From an uncultured Bacilli bacterium (lineage in GTDB: Bacteria > Bacillota_I > Bacilli_A > RF39 > UBA660): a stretch of 64,000 bases of DNA. The stretch covers positions 541,972-605,971 of the forward strand of contig CAKORJ010000001.1 of assembly GCA_934101575.1 (NCBI GenBank). The letters are read 5' to 3'. Of this stretch, positions 1-9,909 are shown piece after piece. The translations under genes and the position numbers were made by a program. Every line of letters begins with the position of its first letter. The first letter of the stretch is position 1. The notes beneath the pieces were generated by a model. The model worked only from the letters and a program-made list of their open reading frames with translations, did no database searches and was not told the DNA's origin.

Positions 1-1157
1 TTTCTTGCTGCTTCTCTTGCTTGTTTACTTTTTAGTGATTTTTCTATAATTTCTGTGGCTATTTTTTTATTTTCTTCTAGGAAAAATAATAGTTTTTCTG
101 TTGTTACTGCTTCTACTGCTGTTCTTGCGGCAGGAGATCCTAATTTTGATTTTGTTTGTCCTTCAAATTGTAGTTTATCTTCTGGTATTTTTAGGGAGAT
201 TACTGCTGTTAATCCTTCTCTTACGTCACTTCCATCAAAGCCCTTTTCTTTATTCTTAAAATAGTTATTGTTTTTTGCATAGTCATTGAATACTTTTGTT
301 AGGGCTGTTTTGAATCCTACTTCATGCGTTCCTCCGTCGGTAGTTTTTACATTATTTACAAATGATACTATGTTTTCGTTATATGAATCTGTATATTGGA
401 ACGCTATATCTACTTCTATATTATTTTTTATTCCTTCAAATGTATATACGTTATGAAGTGTTTTTTTGTTTTCATTTATCATTTCTACAAATGATGATAA
501 GCCATCTTCATAACAGAATTTTTCGTCTTTTTTATCTTCTATGTCTTGAAGCTCTACTGTTAGACCTTTTAAAAGAAAAGCACTTTCTTGCATTCTTTCT
601 CTTATTGTTGTGTATGAAAAACTTGCTCCTTTAAATATTTCATAATCTGGCATGAATCTTACTGTTGTTCCATGTTTGTTTGTTGTTCCTATTTTTTTTA
701 GTGGTACTGCTACTCTACCACCATTTTCAAATTTTATATAGTATTCGTATCCATCTCTTTTTATTGTAACTTCACACCATTTTGAAAGAGCATTTACAAC
801 TGATGCACCTACTCCGTGTAATCCTCCGGATACTTTGTAGCCGCTTGTTTCGAATTTTCCTCCGGCGTGTAATACTGTAAATATTACTTCTGGAGTACTT
901 TTTCCACTTGAATGCATTCCTACTGGAAGGCCACGACCTCTATCTTCTACACTTACGCTTCCATCTTCATGAATAATAATTTTTATATAATCTCCAAAGC
1001 CATTTATTACTTCGTCTATGGAGTTATCTACTATTTCCCAAACTAGATGGTGAAGTCCTCTTTTATCTGTTGAACCTATGTACATACCAGGTCTTTTTCT
1101 TACTGCATCTAGTCCTTCTAATATTTTTATACTACTTTCATCGTATTTTAATGCCAT
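1..1157 (-). CDS. parE: DNA topoisomerase IV subunit B (ParE), N-terminal ~385 aa; 3' end truncated by window edge
   Basis: Minus-strand translation starts MALKYDESSIKILEGLDAVRKRPGMYIGSTDKRGLHHLVWEIVDNSIDE. Block KFENGGRVAVPLKKIGTTNKHGTTVRFMPD matches ParE rather than GyrB. GGAG RBS upstream of the ATG at 1155-1157. Not in a dnaA-gyrA context. Confidence 0.75.
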   Translation of the reverse strand, partial: MALKYDESSIKILEGLDAVRKRPGMYIGSTDKRGLHHLVWEIVDNSIDEVINGFGDYIKIIIHEDGSVSVEDRGRGLPVGMHSSGKSTPEVIFTVLHAGGKFETSGYKVSGGLHGVGASVVNALSKWCEVTIKRDGYEYYIKFENGGRVAVPLKKIGTTNKHGTTVRFMPDYEIFKGASFSYTTIRERMQESAFLLKGLTVELQDIEDKKDEKFCYEDGLSSFVEMINENKKTLHNVYTFEGIKNNIEVDIAFQYTDSYNENIVSFVNNVKTTDGGTHEVGFKTALTKVFNDYAKNNNYFKNKEKGFDGSDVREGLTAVISLKIPEDKLQFEGQTKSKLGSPAARTAVEAVTTEKLLFFLEENKKIATEIIEKSLKSKQAREAAR

Positions 1158-1253
1158 TACTATCATCTCCATTAACATTATAGCAGATATTTTTTGAATT
1201 TTGAAATAAGATTGTAAATATTTACATATTTCCCGACAAAAAAAGCGATTTGA

Positions 1254-2615
1254 TTATCGCTTATTTCCTTTAATACTTAGGTTTATATCTTTCTCATACT
1301 TATGATATTCTTTTAAATAATGATCTAGTAGTCTTAGTTTTAACATTATTTTTTCGTTGTTTTTTATCATTTTATCTGTGCTTATTGAATCTGGTAATAG
1401 TTGTCTTGAGTCTATTAATTCATATGAAACTATTTTTCCATCTTCATTTACTTCAAATGTTTTTACTAATTCTAATTTGTTTTGACCATTTTCTTCTCTT
1501 CTTTTATTTACTCTTTCTTGTTCTTTTAAAGCTCTTTCTGTTCCCATGCTACCTGGATTTGGCAAGAAGTTCCATGCTGAGTCTTTGTTGAATGCTGCAA
1601 ATACTTTTGTTGAACCTTGGATCATTGCTGTATCATTTGGAGTAGTTCTTCCGGCATATGTTGCATCCATTCCTTTTTCATGAGTTGTATATGTTGAGCC
1701 CATTATTCCTTTCATTGTTTTTATTCCATGTGTATAGGCATCACTTATGTTATGAACATTGTCATTATGGAATACTCCTTTTAATTTTAATAAGTCATCA
1801 CTTGATGCTAGGACTCCAGCATGTCCTGAGAACCCTCCAAGTATTACTGCTTTAGGATCATTTACTTTTCCTAAACTAGCATTTGGTGTTCCTGTTACTA
1901 GCTTTATTTTATCTGTTGGAACTATTAAATGTGTTTCTTTTAGATTTAATGGTTCTAATACATATCTTTTTAATAAATCTTCATATTTTTCTCCGGATAC
2001 TTTTTCCATCATTTCTTTTAGAAGCATTACTCCCATATCGTTGTAGTTATATTCTCCTGTTTGCACTACATTCATGTTATATAGAAGATCTATAGCTTCT
2101 TCTTTGTTATTTTTATCATCTATTCTTCCATCTGTTCTAAATGTTGTTGTGAATGTTGTTACATCTCCGACTGTTAAATCTCCGACATTTTTAAATCTTG
2201 GATCTAAGTCTTTTATTTTACTATCATAATCGAAATAACCGTCTCTTATCATATTATATGCAGTACATAGTGTGTAAAACTTTGAAGATGATGCTATATC
2301 GAATAAGGCATTTTCTGGCATTGGTTCTCCTAGAAAATTGATATTTCCTCCATATAGTTTTACATTTATATTGTTCATATTAAATCCTGCTGTATACCCA
2401 GGAGATGGATACTTTCTTCTCATTATATCAAGATCTTCTATTGCATCACGCATTATGTTTCCTATTAATTCTTCTATTGTTGCATCTTTATTTTGAGTTA
2501 TTTCTTCTACTCCTTCATCTAATATTGTTTCTATTTCTTCTCTAGTTGCATGTGTTCCTCTTTCTAATAATTCTTGACAAACTTCTTCTTTTATTTTTTG
2601 TAGTGATTTTTCCAT
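1254..2615 (-). CDS. serine hydrolase of beta-lactamase/transpeptidase superfamily (low-MW PBP-like)
   Basis: 453 aa. SxxK-like motif ASSSKFYT and YNYNDMG (YxN-like). Directly upstream of murF. Confidence 0.55.
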   Translation of the reverse strand: MEKSLQKIKEEVCQELLERGTHATREEIETILDEGVEEITQNKDATIEELIGNIMRDAIEDLDIMRRKYPSPGYTAGFNMNNINVKLYGGNINFLGEPMPENALFDIASSSKFYTLCTAYNMIRDGYFDYDSKIKDLDPRFKNVGDLTVGDVTTFTTTFRTDGRIDDKNNKEEAIDLLYNMNVVQTGEYNYNDMGVMLLKEMMEKVSGEKYEDLLKRYVLEPLNLKETHLIVPTDKIKLVTGTPNASLGKVNDPKAVILGGFSGHAGVLASSDDLLKLKGVFHNDNVHNISDAYTHGIKTMKGIMGSTYTTHEKGMDATYAGRTTPNDTAMIQGSTKVFAAFNKDSAWNFLPNPGSMGTERALKEQERVNKRREENGQNKLELVKTFEVNEDGKIVSYELIDSRQLLPDSISTDKMIKNNEKIMLKLRLLDHYLKEYHKYEKDINLSIKGNKR

Positions 2616-2628
2616 TTTTATTTCCCCC

Positions 2629-3975
2629 TTATTTTAATTTCTCTACTAATTTGTCTAATTCCATTCCTCTGGATGCTTTTACTAGAATTGTGTCTTCTGG
2701 TTTTAAAATTTGCTTTATTTTATCATAAAATTCTTCTTTTGTCAAAAAATAATATGCTTTTATACCTTTTTTTACTGCTTCTTCATATGTATATTTTGAT
2801 TCTTTTCCTATAGATATTAATAGATCACATGTTATATCTTTTCCTAGTTTCCTGTGTATTTCTTCACTATAGCCTCCTAGTTCTAGAATATCTCCTAGAA
2901 TTGCTACTTTTCTTGTTTTATAGTTATTAAGTACTGATATTGCACTCATTACTGAGTCATAGTTTGCATTATATGTATCATTTATTATTGTGTATTTGTC
3001 TGTTTTTACTAATTCTAATCTATTTTTAGTCATTTCTATGTTTAACAAACCTTCTTCTATTTGTTCTTTTGTTAAACCTAAATCTATTCCTAACATTATT
3101 GCTATTAAGGCATTACCTATATTATGTTTAGCTGGACTTGCTATTTTAAACTTGTATTCTTTGTCTTTGTATACACATGTGAATGAACTTGTTTCTTCTA
3201 TTTTGTAGTCTTTGCAGTAAATGTCATTGTTTTCTTCAAAGCCATATGTTAATAACTTATAATCGTGTTGTTTGTTTTTTAATGTTTTTAGATATTTATC
3301 ATCACCATTTACTATTAGTGTATCTTTAGAGGTTAAACTATTTGCTATTTCCATTTTTGAATAGAAGATTCCTTCTTGATTTTTAAAGTTCATTATATGA
3401 CTCATTCCTATATTTGTTATTATTGCTATGTTTGGATGAACTATATTGGTTAAATAATTTAAATCTCCTTTTTTATCCATGGCCATTTCTATTACTGCTA
3501 TTTGTGTTTTTTTATTTATATTTAATAGTGTTTTAGGAAGTCCTATTTCATTATTTTGGTTTCCTTGAGTTTTCAATGTGTTATACTTTTGGCTTAATAC
3601 TGAACTTATTATGTCTTTTGTTGAAGTTTTTCCTACGCTTCCGGTTATTCCTATTGTTGTTAGATTAAACTTTTCTTTGTAACCTTTTGCTATGTGACCT
3701 AATGCTATTTTTGTATCTTTTACTTTTATTAGATTTATATTTTCTTTGTTAAACTCATGATTTTCATCACATAAGAAGTTCCTACATCCTAAATTATAGG
3801 CACTTTCCATAAATGTGTGTCCATCAAATTTTTCTCCTATTATGGGGATAAATAATGTGTCTTGATCTACTTCTCTACTATCTATTGAAATTTTTGTTAT
3901 ATCTTGGTTTTTTGTTTCTTGTATTTTTATTCCTTTTGTAAAGGATATTATTTCTTGTATTTTTAATTTTTCCAT
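2629..3975 (-). CDS. murF: UDP-N-acetylmuramoyl-tripeptide--D-alanyl-D-alanine ligase MurF
   Basis: GITGSVGKTSTKDII P-loop, INDTYNANYDS motif, 448 aa. Confidence 0.85.
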   Translation of the reverse strand: MEKLKIQEIISFTKGIKIQETKNQDITKISIDSREVDQDTLFIPIIGEKFDGHTFMESAYNLGCRNFLCDENHEFNKENINLIKVKDTKIALGHIAKGYKEKFNLTTIGITGSVGKTSTKDIISSVLSQKYNTLKTQGNQNNEIGLPKTLLNINKKTQIAVIEMAMDKKGDLNYLTNIVHPNIAIITNIGMSHIMNFKNQEGIFYSKMEIANSLTSKDTLIVNGDDKYLKTLKNKQHDYKLLTYGFEENNDIYCKDYKIEETSSFTCVYKDKEYKFKIASPAKHNIGNALIAIMLGIDLGLTKEQIEEGLLNIEMTKNRLELVKTDKYTIINDTYNANYDSVMSAISVLNNYKTRKVAILGDILELGGYSEEIHRKLGKDITCDLLISIGKESKYTYEEAVKKGIKAYYFLTKEEFYDKIKQILKPEDTILVKASRGMELDKLVEKLK

Positions 3976-5436
3976 CTATTGATCCTTTCTTTTACTTAAT
4001 TCATCTTGAGCTATTTTCATATCTGTTTTATATGGTTTGTAATCATTTCCTATTATAATGAAATCTTCATCACCTTTTCCTAAAATTGCTAACACATCGT
4101 TTTCTGTTAGATTTTTTACTGCGGTTCTTATTGCTGTTTCTCTGTCTTCAATTATTTCATAGTTGTTATGATATTTTTTTATATGCTCTGCTATGTCATT
4201 GCAAATATCTATTGCTTTATGATTTCCTGGGTCGTCTTCAGTTAGATAAACATAGTCTGCATATTTTCCTGCTAGGTTACCCATTCCTTTTTTTCTTGTA
4301 GCCCCTTTATCTCCGGTTGCACCGAATACTACTTTTATTTTTTTATCTGGGTAATCTTTTTTTAGTGTTTCATATACTTTTTCAGTGCTTAATTCATTAT
4401 GGGCATAATCTATTATTATAGGAAATTTGTCATTATCAATTATATTCATTCTGCCGGGAATTATTGTCTCTTCTAATCCTTTTTGGATATCTTGTTTTGT
4501 TACTTTTAGAATTTTGCTTATTACTATAGCACATGTTGCATTTTCAATATTGAATCTTCCTGGGATATTTATATGATAATTTTCTGTTTTATCTTCGTGT
4601 TCTACGCCAAATGTTAGATTTTTGTCTTTTGTAATATTTTTAATTTGATAGTCACAGTCATTTGTGTAGCCATATGTTATTATATTTTTATCTTTTATAC
4701 TATTATATATAGTGCTATAATGATCAGTTTGTTTAAACAATATAATTGTTTGACATTTTTTAAGAAACTCTATTTTACAGTTTAAGTACTCTTCGAAGTT
4801 TTTATGTTCAAGCGGAGAAATGTGATCTTCTCCTATGTTGAGAAATGCTCCTAGATTGAATGTCATACCATAATCTCTTTTGTGATATTCAGCTTGACTT
4901 GATACTTCCATTGTTACATATTTAATATGTTGTTCTTGCATTTCATGCAAATACTTGTGAAGTTCTAAACTTTCAGGAGTAGTCAAATGAGTTGGGCCAC
5001 TTGTTTTACCTGTGTAAAAATAATGCGTTGCGAATATTCCTGGTTTATAGTGTAAGTGATTTTTTAATATGTTATGTAAGAAATAGTTAGTTGTGGTTTT
5101 TCCTTTTGTTCCTGTTAATCCTATTTTATATAGATTATCTGGATAGAAAAGATTTGCTATTACTGCTAGGGATATTCTTTCATCTTTTACTATTATTTTA
5201 GGGATGTCTACATTATAATCTTTATTGCTTATGTATGCTGTTGCACCTTTATTAATTGCTTCTAGTAGATACTCTTTTTTAAAACTTGTTCCTTTACAAA
5301 TAAATAGTGTTTTATCTTTTACTTCTTTTGAGTTATATGTTATGTATGAAAAACTTATATCTTTACTATCATATTCTATTAGTTGATTTTCTTCTTTTAA
5401 TTTATTTATTATTTGTTTATAATTCATTTTCATCAA
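3976..5436 (-). CDS. murE: UDP-N-acetylmuramoyl-L-alanyl-D-glutamate--diamino-acid ligase MurE
   Basis: GLTGTKGKTTT P-loop, DYAHN motif, 486 aa, contiguous with murF. Confidence 0.85.
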   Translation of the reverse strand: MMKMNYKQIINKLKEENQLIEYDSKDISFSYITYNSKEVKDKTLFICKGTSFKKEYLLEAINKGATAYISNKDYNVDIPKIIVKDERISLAVIANLFYPDNLYKIGLTGTKGKTTTNYFLHNILKNHLHYKPGIFATHYFYTGKTSGPTHLTTPESLELHKYLHEMQEQHIKYVTMEVSSQAEYHKRDYGMTFNLGAFLNIGEDHISPLEHKNFEEYLNCKIEFLKKCQTIILFKQTDHYSTIYNSIKDKNIITYGYTNDCDYQIKNITKDKNLTFGVEHEDKTENYHINIPGRFNIENATCAIVISKILKVTKQDIQKGLEETIIPGRMNIIDNDKFPIIIDYAHNELSTEKVYETLKKDYPDKKIKVVFGATGDKGATRKKGMGNLAGKYADYVYLTEDDPGNHKAIDICNDIAEHIKKYHNNYEIIEDRETAIRTAVKNLTENDVLAILGKGDEDFIIIGNDYKPYKTDMKIAQDELSKRKDQ

Positions 5437-6322
5437 TCCTTTTTTTATTTCTAGGATGTGTTTTTAGATACACATCTTTTAATCTATCATTTGTTACATG
5501 AGTATATACTTGAGTTGCTCTTAGGGATTCATGTCCTAATAGTTCTTGAACACTTAATAGATCACATCCTTCGTTTAACATATGTGTTGCAAAAGTATGT
5601 CTTAACATATGAGGAGATATTTTTGTTTCTATGCTTGTTTTTGCTATTATTTTATTTAATATATATCTTATTCCTCTGGATGTTAACCTTTCTTTATGAT
5701 TATTTATTAATAGATACTCATTTTTATCTGTTCTTTGTTTTAAATATAAGTCTAATATTTCTCTTGTATATTCGCCAAAGTATACTATTCTTTCTTTATT
5801 TCCTTTTCCTAGAATTTTTATTTTGTTTTCATAGAGGTTTATGTCTTTTATTTTCATATATTCTAGTTCTCCGACTCTTATTCCTGTTGCGTATAGTATT
5901 TCTAATATTAATCTGTCTCTTAGTCCATAAAAGGTTGTTGTATCACAGATATTAAACATTTCTTCTAGTTCATTATAATATAGAAATTTTGGTAATAGTT
6001 TGTCTTTTTTGGGACCTTTTGTTAGAGAAAAGGGATTATATTTTATGTAATTATTTCTTGCTAAGTATTTATAAAAGTTTCTTAATGAGCTTATCTTTCT
6101 TGAGATTGTATTTTTTGATAGTTTTAAACTATCCATGTAATTAAAGAATTGTCTTATGTCTTTGTACTCTACTTCTAGAAAGTTATAGCTATTTTTATCT
6201 AGAAATTTCTTAAAGAATTCTATGTCTTCTTCATAGCCTTCTATTGTGTTTATTGAGTAGTTCTTTTGGATTTTTAAATATTCTAGATATTTTTCTATAT
6301 AAGTATCCATTGGTATCACCAA
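5417..6322 (-). CDS. tyrosine recombinase XerC/XerD family
   Basis: 301 aa. C-terminal HxxR...LLGHESLRATQVYTHV catalytic-Tyr region typical of Xer recombinases. Overlaps murE start by 20 nt. Confidence 0.7.
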   Translation of the reverse strand: MVIPMDTYIEKYLEYLKIQKNYSINTIEGYEEDIEFFKKFLDKNSYNFLEVEYKDIRQFFNYMDSLKLSKNTISRKISSLRNFYKYLARNNYIKYNPFSLTKGPKKDKLLPKFLYYNELEEMFNICDTTTFYGLRDRLILEILYATGIRVGELEYMKIKDINLYENKIKILGKGNKERIVYFGEYTREILDLYLKQRTDKNEYLLINNHKERLTSRGIRYILNKIIAKTSIETKISPHMLRHTFATHMLNEGCDLLSVQELLGHESLRATQVYTHVTNDRLKDVYLKTHPRNKKRIDENEL

Positions 6323-6390
6323 TACTAGTTTATCACAATTTTATCTCTATATCAAAAGTGCATAATAAAATAGACACATATTTACAGTGT

Positions 6391-8106
6391 CTATTCGTCT
6401 TTATATAAGTTTAACATTTTTTTATGAATATCTGGTTCTATTATATTGATTGCTGCTATTGCAGTTTCTAATGATTTTTTATAATTTCCTTTAAAGAAAA
6501 ACTTACTTGCCATATCTAAACCATTTTCTATATCTTTATCTATTGGTTTATATCTATTTCCATATATTATTGTCATTTCACTTAGTTTAGCTGTTTTTAT
6601 CATTTCATTTGTGGTGCTATATAGTTTTAATGATAAGTCTCTGGCTGTATCTACTCTTATATTTAATGTTTTTATTGTTATTGGAGTTTTATCTAGTTCT
6701 TTTATTATTTCATATATAGCGTCATTTGCTTCACTTAATTCTACAAAATAATTATTTGATATTATTGGAAGTGGATTTTTTCTTATTTTTAATCTACATT
6801 TTTTTAATAGTTCAGTTATTTCTTCTAGTTGTTCACGGGCTCTCATCTCATCTTCATGCATACTTCCTAATGATTTTAGACATAAATTTAAGTTTTCTTC
6901 AATTGTTCCAAAATTGTTTGATAGTTTAGCTATTCTATCTTTTAATTTTGAATACGGAGATTTTTTATTTTTTAGGTCTCCGATTATTGTATTGAACTCA
7001 TTATTGGCTTTATATAAATCTTTATTTACTGCTTCTAGGTCTTTCAAATCCTCTTCATTTAAGTCATACATGTTTTTTATATCGTCTAATTGATCATATA
7101 TGTCCGTTACTACTCTATTTACTTTTTCTAGTTTTATTTTAAATGCTTTAGCAGTTTCATCGAATACTTTTTTAGATCTTTTTTCTATTTCAAAATCATT
7201 TAATAGATTGTCTAAGTAATCTAAAAATGTTTTTAATTCAAACATACTGTCTTCTAGATTTAATATTTTTATTCTTGTTTTTATGTCGTTTAATTTTTTT
7301 TCTATTTGTAGTATATTGTATGGTACTTTCATGTAGTCTAATGGATAATCTCTGGCTGTTAGTCTGTCATATGTATCATTAACTTCTTTTATTCTGTTTG
7401 GCAATATTTTGTCAGTAAGTAGTATTAAATCTGGCATTTCTTCTATTACTACACCCATGTGGGCAATCATTTCATCTATTACTTTTACTATTCCTACGAC
7501 TTCGTCGTACTCATTGTTTTCCATGACTTCTTCAAAATCAGAGAATTTTTTTTCTATATTTTCAAATTGAAGTTCAATGTTTGTTACTATGTCTCCATAT
7601 GCAGATTTATTGTTATTTAGTGTTCTTTCTAATTCTCTAAATCTTGATTTTAATTTTGTTACAATAGCTCTATTTCTTTCTTCACTCATTGTAACTTCTC
7701 TTATTTCGTCTAATAAATTATCTGTACTTACTCTTAATTTATATATTTCCATTTCTAGATTTATAACTTTTTCTTTAGCTTCGTTATAGTCTCTATTTTC
7801 GATTAAATTATCTACATCTAATAATTTATCTGTTATTTCACTATATCTTTCATTTTTAATTATGTCATATCTTTTTTGCCATTCATTATATTTGTCTTCT
7901 AGTTGATCATTTTTTACTATTACTTTGATTTTATCTAGTTCTGTCATAACGGGAGTGGCTACTATTAGGTTTCTTTGTCTTTCTAACTCTTCTAGTTTTT
8001 CTCTTAAAGTCTTATATTTTTTTTGTTTATACACTATGAAAAATACTGCGACGAGTATTAGAGATATTATAATAATTGATGATAAATATAACATTTTTAT
8101 ATCCAT
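6391..8106 (-). CDS. ezrA: septation ring formation regulator EzrA
   Basis: 571 aa. N-terminal TM helix then long coiled-coil. C-terminal IIYGNRYKP resembles the EzrA QNR patch. Confidence 0.7.
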   Translation of the reverse strand: MDIKMLYLSSIIIISLILVAVFFIVYKQKKYKTLREKLEELERQRNLIVATPVMTELDKIKVIVKNDQLEDKYNEWQKRYDIIKNERYSEITDKLLDVDNLIENRDYNEAKEKVINLEMEIYKLRVSTDNLLDEIREVTMSEERNRAIVTKLKSRFRELERTLNNNKSAYGDIVTNIELQFENIEKKFSDFEEVMENNEYDEVVGIVKVIDEMIAHMGVVIEEMPDLILLTDKILPNRIKEVNDTYDRLTARDYPLDYMKVPYNILQIEKKLNDIKTRIKILNLEDSMFELKTFLDYLDNLLNDFEIEKRSKKVFDETAKAFKIKLEKVNRVVTDIYDQLDDIKNMYDLNEEDLKDLEAVNKDLYKANNEFNTIIGDLKNKKSPYSKLKDRIAKLSNNFGTIEENLNLCLKSLGSMHEDEMRAREQLEEITELLKKCRLKIRKNPLPIISNNYFVELSEANDAIYEIIKELDKTPITIKTLNIRVDTARDLSLKLYSTTNEMIKTAKLSEMTIIYGNRYKPIDKDIENGLDMASKFFFKGNYKKSLETAIAAINIIEPDIHKKMLNLYKDE

Positions 8107-8236
8107 ATAATCACCTACTATGTTAATTTTAACACAATTTATGTTCTTTAGAAATAGAAATAGTAAAAATAGTTTGTTTTTATGAAAAGAATTTACGTTT
8201 TAGTGTTGTAAAGTTGTTGTAAAAAGTAGTTTTATA

Positions 8237-8270
8237 TAAAAAAGAAGAAGTCTTATTTGGCTTCTTCTGT
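8237..8270 (-). terminator. rho-independent terminator of rny (overlaps stop codon)
   Basis: mRNA stem AGAAGAAG / loop CCAAAUAAGA / stem CUUCUUCU followed by UUUUUU. Confidence 0.6.
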
Positions 8271-9818
8271 TACTCTTGTTTCGCGTATTACTGTTACTTT
8301 GATAGTACCTGGATACTGCATTGTGTTTTCTATTTTTTCTTTTATTTCTCTTGCTATTTTATGACTTGTTTTATCATCTATTTCTTCTGGTTTTACAAGT
8401 ACTCTTAGTTCTCTTCCGGCTTGAAGAGCATAACTTTTATCTACGCCTTTTATTTCTTTTGATATTCCTTCTAGTTGTTCTAATCTTTTTATATAGTTTT
8501 CTAATGAATCATTACGTGCGCCTGGGCGTGATGCTGATAACGAATCTGCTATTTGAACTAGATTAGATATTATACTTGTTGCTTCATGATCTCCATGATG
8601 TGATGCTATAGCGTTTATAACTACTTCATTTTCTTTGTGTTTCTTTGCTATATTCACTCCTATTTCTACATGGCTTCCTTCTACTTCATGATCTATCGCT
8701 TTACCTATATCATGAAGCAATCCTGCTCTTTTTGCTAGTGTTACATTTTCTCCTAGCTCTGAGGCCATTATTCCTGTTAGGTGTGCTACTTCAAGGGAAT
8801 GACTTAAAGCATTTTGTCCATAACTGGTTCTAAAATGTAATTTACCTATTGTTTCTATAAGCTCATTATCTACTTTAGTAATTCCTAATTCAAATAAGGC
8901 ATTGTTACCATATTCAATTATTTTTTCTTTCATGTCTCGTACTGTTTTGTCATAAACTTCTTCTATTCTAGTTGGATGGATTCTACCATCTTTTATAAGG
9001 GTTTCAATAGTTATTTTTGCTATTTCTCTTCTTAATGGATCAAACGAAGATATTACAATTGCTTCTGGAGTATCGTCTATTATAAGATCTACCCCTGTTA
9101 TTGCTTCAATTGTTCTTATATTTCTTCCTTCTCTTCCTATTATTCTTCCTTTCATTTCGTTGTTTGGAAGTTCAATTGTTGATACTGTTTGTTCATTACT
9201 TACTTCGGAAGAATATCTTTGCATTGAATTAACTAATAAATCTTTGGCGCTTTTATCTGCTGTTAATTTTGCTTCATCTTCTCTTTCTTTGATATAATTA
9301 GCTATTTCAATATTCATGTCCTCTTCGACTTTTTTCATTATAAGTTCTCTTGCTTTATTTTTTTCAAGACCACTTATTTTTGAAAGCATGTCTATTTGTT
9401 CTTGTTTTAACTTTTCCATTTCAACTTGATCATTTTGAATTTTTTTAAGTTTATCTTGTAATTTTTCTTCACGATCATCTAAAAGTTGTTCTCTTTTTTG
9501 GTAATTTTCATCTCTCTTATCCATATTTTTTTCTCTTTGGATAAGTCTTTCTTCTGATTCTTTTATCTCTGATTTTTTTTCTTTTATTTCTTTATCTAAA
9601 TCTAATTTTAGTTTATGTGCTTCTTCTTTTGCTTCGAAAAGCATATCTCTTTTAACTTTTTCAGATTCTTTTTGGGCTTTTTCTGATAAAGTTCTTATTT
9701 TTGATTCAGCGTTATTAACTCTAAAATGATTTATTAAAAAAGTAAAACCAATTCCTAGGAATAATCCAATTATGACCAGTAAAATGGAGAAAACTGTACT
9801 ATCCATATTTACCTCCAT
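8253..9818 (-). CDS. rny: ribonuclease Y
   Basis: N-terminal TM helix, coiled-coil, KH domain ([15 protein letters not shown]), HD domain ([21 protein letters not shown]). 521 aa. Confidence 0.9.
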   Translation of the reverse strand: MEVNMDSTVFSILLVIIGLFLGIGFTFLINHFRVNNAESKIRTLSEKAQKESEKVKRDMLFEAKEEAHKLKLDLDKEIKEKKSEIKESEERLIQREKNMDKRDENYQKREQLLDDREEKLQDKLKKIQNDQVEMEKLKQEQIDMLSKISGLEKNKARELIMKKVEEDMNIEIANYIKEREDEAKLTADKSAKDLLVNSMQRYSSEVSNEQTVSTIELPNNEMKGRIIGREGRNIRTIEAITGVDLIIDDTPEAIVISSFDPLRREIAKITIETLIKDGRIHPTRIEEVYDKTVRDMKEKIIEYGNNALFELGITKVDNELIETIGKLHFRTSYGQNALSHSLEVAHLTGIMASELGENVTLAKRAGLLHDIGKAIDHEVEGSHVEIGVNIAKKHKENEVVINAIASHHGDHEATSIISNLVQIADSLSASRPGARNDSLENYIKRLEQLEGISKEIKGVDKSYALQAGRELRVLVKPEEIDDKTSHKIAREIKEKIENTMQYPGTIKVTVIRETRVTEEAK

Positions 9819-9909
9819 TTCTTTTATGTTAAATTTTGTTTAACACTATCTTTATTTTAAAGTCAATTTATGAAAAAGTCAATAATAAGAAAACTACCAA
9901 AATGGTAGT

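Noticed and set aside
1-1157. N-terminal topoisomerase ATPase fragment considered as gyrB
   Set aside because: The KFENGG...LKKIGT block and the genomic context (not dnaA-dnaN-recF-gyrB-gyrA) favour ParE. Kept as parE with moderate confidence.
5458-5955. 165-aa plus-strand ORF, and similar 60-140-aa plus ORFs (e.g. 1759-2046, 16490-16918 minus within ponA, 50173-50592, 58165-58503)
   Set aside because: All lie antisense or out of frame within well-supported conserved genes (xerD, serine hydrolase, ponA, U32 peptidase, tsaD). Their products are Leu/Phe/Ile-rich, typical of spurious ORFs in AT-rich DNA.
5417-6322. Tyrosine recombinase considered as a phage or ICE integrase marking a mobile element
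   Set aside because: About 300 aa with Xer-type C-terminus. It is embedded between murE and ezrA with overlapping start, and has no phage genes, att-like repeats or compositional break nearby. A chromosomal XerC/D-type dimer resolvase is more likely.
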